From: Negativicutes bacterium
GTDB lineage: Bacteria; Bacillota; Negativicutes; UBA1444
Length of the DNA: 64,000 bases
Direction: 5' to 3'
Assembly: GCA_963665275.2 (NCBI GenBank)
Contig: CAXXIN010000009.1
Location: 93,008 to 157,007, forward strand
This document shows positions 59,845 to 64,000 of this stretch, piece by piece (position 1 is the stretch's first letter; the number at the start of each line of letters is the position of its first letter). A program made the position numbers and the translations under genes. The notes under the pieces were generated by a model. It searched no databases and was not told where the DNA came from. It worked only from the letters and a program-made list of their open reading frames with translations.

Positions 59845-61522
59845 ATGATTCGAAGATTTTTTATTTCGCTGTGTCTCATTTTCGCACTTACAGGGGCTAC
59901 TTTGATTATATTATATTATCAAGGCTTTTCAAGGGTGGCTGTAAATCATCCAGTTTTTGAACCGCCACCTCGCGGTGTAATTTTGCTCATACCGCTTGAC
60001 AGCCGCCCTCCCTGTACAGATTATGTCAGCAGCCTTGCCCGTATGGCAGGGTTTCAAGTTCTCCTACCGCCATCTGAAATGCTGGATAACTACCGGCAGC
60101 CTGGAAATACAGCCGCTCTGCGCAACTGGCTGTCTCACAACGCCTCACTGGCCGACTCCGCCATCATATCTGTGGACATGCTGGTACACGGCGGACTGCT
60201 GGCATCCCGCAAAGGTTTGGGCTCGGTTGAAACAGCCGAAGGAGTTTTCAACCTACTGCGAACCCTTCACGATCAAAACCCACAGCTAAAACTATACGCC
60301 TTCAACATTATCTCGCCACGTCTGCTCATTTCCGACGATCCACGAACAGAAAAATTCAAGCAGCCTATGTTGGAATGGTCAATGTTACAGGAAACGGCAA
60401 CCCTATTCGAAAATCCGAATGACATCAAGCGCCTGCAGAATCTTGAGTTAGCGATCCCTGCCGATATTCCTGAGCGCTACCGCAACCTTTACGCCGCCAA
60501 TCACCGTCTGAACCAGCAACTGGTTGCACTGGCGAAGACCGGTATTCTTTCCGGTCTGGTTGTTGGTCAGGATGACAGCGCACCATTCGGTCTGGGTAAC
60601 ATGGAACGACAACGCCTGGAAAACGAGATCAGCGGTCACCCTGAAATGCAGGAAAAAGTATTCATAACCCGCGGTACCGATGAAGTCGCGCTGACGCTGC
60701 TCGGACCTGTCACTCGCTCCGCAGCGGAAGAGCGGCGCAAAGTCTTTGTTCATTACACGGAGGCGCACTCCGCCGATGTGATCATGCCCTATATGCCGAA
60801 ACCGTTGGCGCAAACTGTCGCGGAAAAACTTGCAATCATTGCTGCAGATGCGACAGAATCCCCCAATGAAGCAGACTTTATCCTGGTCGTTCACGCCGGC
60901 AGTTCCCATAGTCTAGATGGACAGCTCTCAGCTGAGGCTACCCAGATACGGGCCTGGCTTGAAGCTGGCAAAAATGTCGCCCTCGTTGATCTGTCGATCG
61001 ACTGGGTTGCCAGTCAAACATTGCTCCCTTATTTACAACGCAACGGCGCTCCTATCCAGCAACTGATTGCATATGCCGGTTGGAATACAGCAAGCAATTC
61101 TATAGGAACCGCCCTCACCCAGGCTGCACTAACAATCCGTGGGGCGTCAAACAGAGTTTTCGAAACTGCTCTGTACCGGGACATAACACGGGTCGGATTT
61201 CTGAGTGAGCGTATATTGGATGACTGGTTCTATCAAAAAATTTACCGGCATCAACTCAACGAGAAGCTGCAGAAACTTAAAATCGACCCCTATGACTTGC
61301 ACCAGGCGCATCCGGTCGTCGCCGGCCAAATCAACCATCAGGTGTATAACGCCTACCTGGAGTATATCAGATGGGGGTTGGCGTAATAGAGCTTTCCCGC
61401 TTTACGGCAACTTGGGAACTTACGTCATCGATGACATGATAGTACACTCCGATCTTCCCTGGGACCGAACCTTTGAAATTTTTATTGAAACCAAACCTTT
61501 TCCCGCCCGTATCATCCCTTAG
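59845..61522 (+). CDS. DUF4127 family protein, apparent frameshift in the G-run near 61375
   Basis: IPLDSRP, DMLVHGGL.ASR, GQDD, GTDE, AYAGWNTASNSIG, DDW.YQ; shifted frame gives LPWDRTFEI. Confidence 0.82.
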
Positions 61523-61565
61523 TGATCCTACCTCAGCTTCCTACCTCACAATCACCAAAAAGAGA

Positions 61566-61586
61566 AAGCCGGGCTATGCCCGGCTT
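61566..61586 (-). terminator. Hairpin or terminator between the convergent DUF4127 and NlpC genes
   Basis: AAGCCGGGC-TAT-GCCCGGCTT. Confidence 0.6.
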
Positions 61587-61593
61587 GAAAATG

Positions 61594-62314
61594 TCATTTG
61601 ATGATTCTACGCGCACCGAGATACCGATCCTGTGATAAGGGTTGGACAGGGGTGTGATTGTTACGTAGCCCGCGCCAGAACTCGCGTGAATGAATTGATC
61701 ATTGCCGAGATAGATTCCAACGTGCGATGGTCCCGGTTCATAGGTTTCAAAAAACACCAGATCGCCGGGTTGAAGAGCGTTTCGCGGCACCGACATCCCC
61801 ACTTCAAATTGTCCGTCTGCCATTCGCGGCAAACCATAACCCAATTGATCGAACACGTAATAAATGAATCCGGAGCAATCAAATCCGCTCGGAGACCGAC
61901 CGGCCCACACATAGGGCACTCCCAGATACTGACGCGCCATCCCCAGTAATATCTGAGTCTTGCGAGAGTCTGTGCGACCACGGCTGATAGAACTGGCCCC
62001 TCGGAAATTTTTCAGCGATTCCCAGGTGCTAAGTCCCACTATCCCGTCAGCATTCAACCCCGCATCCATCTGAAACTGAATTACAGCCCCAAGTGTACTT
62101 GAGCCGTAACGGCCATCCACAGGATCTTTATAGTATCCATATTCCTGCAATTTATTTTGCAGTTTAGAAACTTCATCCCCATACATGCCTTGTTTGACCG
62201 GCATATTAGAACTCGCTGGCTCGGCGGCAGCCGTTGAAACCACGAAGAACAGCCCCCCAAGAACAGCAACAACATCCGGCAAAAATGCTTCCTGTATTCA
62301 AATCTTTGCTGCAT
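61594..62314 (-). CDS. Peptidoglycan-binding plus NlpC/P60 (C40) peptidase, two apparent frameshifts (about 62255 and 61629)
   Basis: PG_binding_1 (DG.YG..T..AV..FQ...GL..DGIVG..T), YVWAG..GFDCSG, HVGIY, FIHASS; restored C-terminus YLGARRIIK. Confidence 0.88.
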
Positions 62315-62348
62315 GACTCACCTCTTTCACGAATTTTACTTTACTTGT

Positions 62349-62375
62349 ATTCTCCACATTTCGAAAAACTCCTTC
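62349..62375 (-). promoter_or_regulatory. SigH-like promoter of the NlpC/P60 gene
   Basis: GAAGGAGTT-11 bp-GGAGAAT. Confidence 0.5.
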
Positions 62376-62428
62376 CTGGCCATGAAATTTTCGAAACTGC
62401 AGTGTATTATACCAAAGACGTTTTCCTG

Positions 62429-62457
62429 TTGACAATCCTCTAAAGGTTGTGTATAAT
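62429..62457 (+). promoter_or_regulatory. Consensus sigma-A promoter of the tRNA gene
   Basis: TTGACA-17 bp-TATAAT. Confidence 0.88.
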
Positions 62458-62473
62458 TTGAAACTGTGAACTC

Positions 62474-62550
62474 CGGGGCGTGGCGCAGTTTGGTAGCGCG
62501 CCTGGTTCGGGACCAGGAGGCCGCAAGTTCAAGTCTTGTCGCCCCGACCA
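62474..62550 (+). tRNA. tRNA-Pro (anticodon CGG), CCA encoded
   Basis: Acceptor stem CGGGGCG/CGCCCCG, D-arm GCGC, anticodon arm CCTGG-TTCGGGA-CCAGG, T-loop TTCAAGT, 3' ACCA; 77 nt. Confidence 0.97.
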
Positions 62551-62557
62551 TTATAAT

Positions 62558-62591
62558 AAAAAAGGAAACTCGCTAGCGGGTTTCCTTTTTT
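62558..62591. terminator. Bidirectional intrinsic terminator between the tRNA and the nitroreductase gene
   Basis: AAAAAAGGAAACTCGC-TA-GCGGGTTTCCTTTTTT. Confidence 0.8.
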
Positions 62592-62598
62592 ATTTATA

Positions 62599-63246
62599 TT
62601 AGTCAATAACCGTCAAAACTTCCTCACCGGTTTTCGGGCCGGGGACGTGCCACCTCCCGCGGGAATTCCGAGTGGTGTCAACGCTGCCAAAATATACCCT
62701 TCTTTTTTGAATCCGATCAGTTCGGAAATCTCATCTCCGGCATATGTGGGTCCAGTCATCCAGCAACTTCCATAGCCGAGGGCGGCGGCCGCCAAATGGA
62801 AATTTTGCAGTGCTGCAGCGATATTTGAATCCCAGGTTTCGTCTGTTTCATGACATCTATCTGTTGCTGCGTCAGTCCGGGACCCGCGACCAGATCGTCC
62901 GCGGCACGGGATATGGGCCTGCATAGACCAGAACAACCGTTGGCGCATTCTTGAATACCGTATGGTACCCAACTGAACTTTTAAAATGCCTTCTGCTTAT
63001 CCTCTGCAGGAATGAACCCAAGAAGATATTCATGCTTTTCTTCAACCAAAGCCGCCATTTGATGAATAACAGCCTTATTGCGAATAACGACAAAATGCCA
63101 ATTCTGCATGTTTTTCCCCGAGGGGGCGTGAATCGCCGCATCGATAAGCTGTTGCAGCGTCGCATCAGAAACCGGTTCGTCCGTAAACTTCCGTACACTT
63201 CGCCTCCGGTAAGCGATTCCAATTCCACCGATATTTTTGCTGTCAT
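62599..63246 (-). CDS. Nitroreductase family protein broken by about five apparent single-base indels
   Basis: RRSVRKF, APSGKNMQNWHF, FKNAP, AAALGYGSCWMTG and RKP are spread over three frames. Confidence 0.82.
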
Positions 63247-63249
63247 CGT

Positions 63250-63685
63250 TCATTCCTCCACTGCTTCTTCTATCAGACGGTCCCATATCTCATCAAGAAC
63301 TTCGTTGTCCCAGGTCGTTCCATGTTCCTTCAATACCTTGCAGATGTATTCACCAAACTCCGGCAGTTTGACCCACACCAGTTGCGTCCTCCATTATGTA
63401 TTGCCTCACGTAGACGCAGGGTCTGGTTCCGTGTCAATAATTCGCGCAAAAACGTCACGGCAGCGACTATTTCTGAGGGATCAATTTTTTCACATTCAAC
63501 AGAATCTGCGCGCGCTCAGGTCCGAGATGAAGCAGGCAGTTCAGGCAGATAGTATCCCCTTGCATACTGTACGAGGTTATTGTCGACAATTTCTCCCCGC
63601 ACAAAGGACAAGGCGGCAATGAGGTCTCAACTCCAGACGTGTTATTGTGGACCTGTTTTTCAACACTCATCGATACAGACCCCAT
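63250..63685 (-). CDS. Hypothetical protein with an N-terminal CxxC..CxxC zinc finger (reconstructed across two apparent indels)
   Basis: ORF 63467-63685 (CPLC..CLNC) continues after shifts as IDPSEIVAAVTFLRELL..EFGEYICKVL..WDRLIEEAVEE, stop at 63250. Confidence 0.55.
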
Positions 63686-63710
63686 CCTTGCACCAGACTA
63701 CCGAAAAATA

Positions 63711-63738
63711 CGAGATCCCCACTTTCACAGGGATCTCG
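63711..63738 (-). terminator. Hairpin or terminator after the EF-G-like gene
   Basis: CGAGATCCC...GGGATCTCG inverted repeat. Confidence 0.6.
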
Positions 63739-63751
63739 CAGTGAAACCCGA

Positions 63752-64000
63752 TTAATCTTCGTCTTCCTGTTTTTCTTTCTTATAGGCTTCAATGATGAGA
63801 TCAGCCTGCCGTTGCGGTACTTCAGCATAATGGTCGAACTCCATCATGAAACTGCCGCGTCCCTGTGTGATTGAACGTAGATCGATAGCATACCGGAACA
63901 TCTCGGACATCGGCGCCATAGCCCTCACGATGCCCAAGCCGCCGCAATCGGTTCCATCCCGAGAATTCGGCCTCGTTTACCGTTGAGATCACCGATGATA
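63752..64000 (-). CDS. Elongation factor G-like protein, C-terminal domain V (partial; apparent indel near 63946)
   Basis: [48 protein letters not shown]. Confidence 0.88.

Noticed and set aside
62336-62551. 71-aa minus-strand [21 protein letters not shown]
   Set aside because: Antisense translation of tRNA-Pro
62474-64000. tRNA-Pro as an integration site for an island
   Set aside because: No integrase or duplicated tRNA 3' end in the window; a terminator and ordinary genes follow

Overview
A largely housekeeping 64-kb stretch of a Bacillota chromosome. CodY, FapR, SpoVS, YlxM/YlqD and DUF4127 are present, and the gene content fits a spore-forming anaerobe, plausibly Negativicutes (inference). 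Almost everything is on the minus strand. Left to right: (1) the main fla/che operon (flgB-flgC-fliEFGHIJ-MotE-like-fliK-flgD-TIGR02530-flgE-flbD-fliLMY-cheY-fliO-fliPQR); (2) codY, xerC, topA and dprA; (3) an inserted block of folP-folB-folK, a nicotinate PRTase and a degenerate PAS-GGDEF; (4) comM, yraN, a FlhB-C-like gene, a second FliK-like gene, rnhB, rbgA and lepB; (5) the rplS-trmD-rimM-rpsP-ffh-ylxM cluster; (6) an inserted orphan PocR histidine kinase and a nitroreductase; (7) ftsY, smc, spoVS and rnc; (8) the FapR-controlled fab/plsX operon; (9) rpmF, yceD, ackA, tmcAL, coaD and rsmD; (10) DUF4127, an NlpC/P60 gene, tRNA-Pro(CGG), a nitroreductase and the 3' end of an EF-G paralogue. 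I found no prophage, IS element, CRISPR array or defence island. The last ~8 kb carry many single-base indels, mostly in homopolymers, that look like sequencing errors. The best candidate for an undescribed system is the TIGR02530 protein (RNase-toxin-like HAxxR motif) together with a structured two-hairpin RNA element just upstream of flgE. Other candidates are a second FliK-like/FlhB-C pair, a FabX-like Fe-S flavoprotein in the fab operon, FolP with an N-terminal reductase-like domain, and SigH-like promoters in front of orphan signalling genes.
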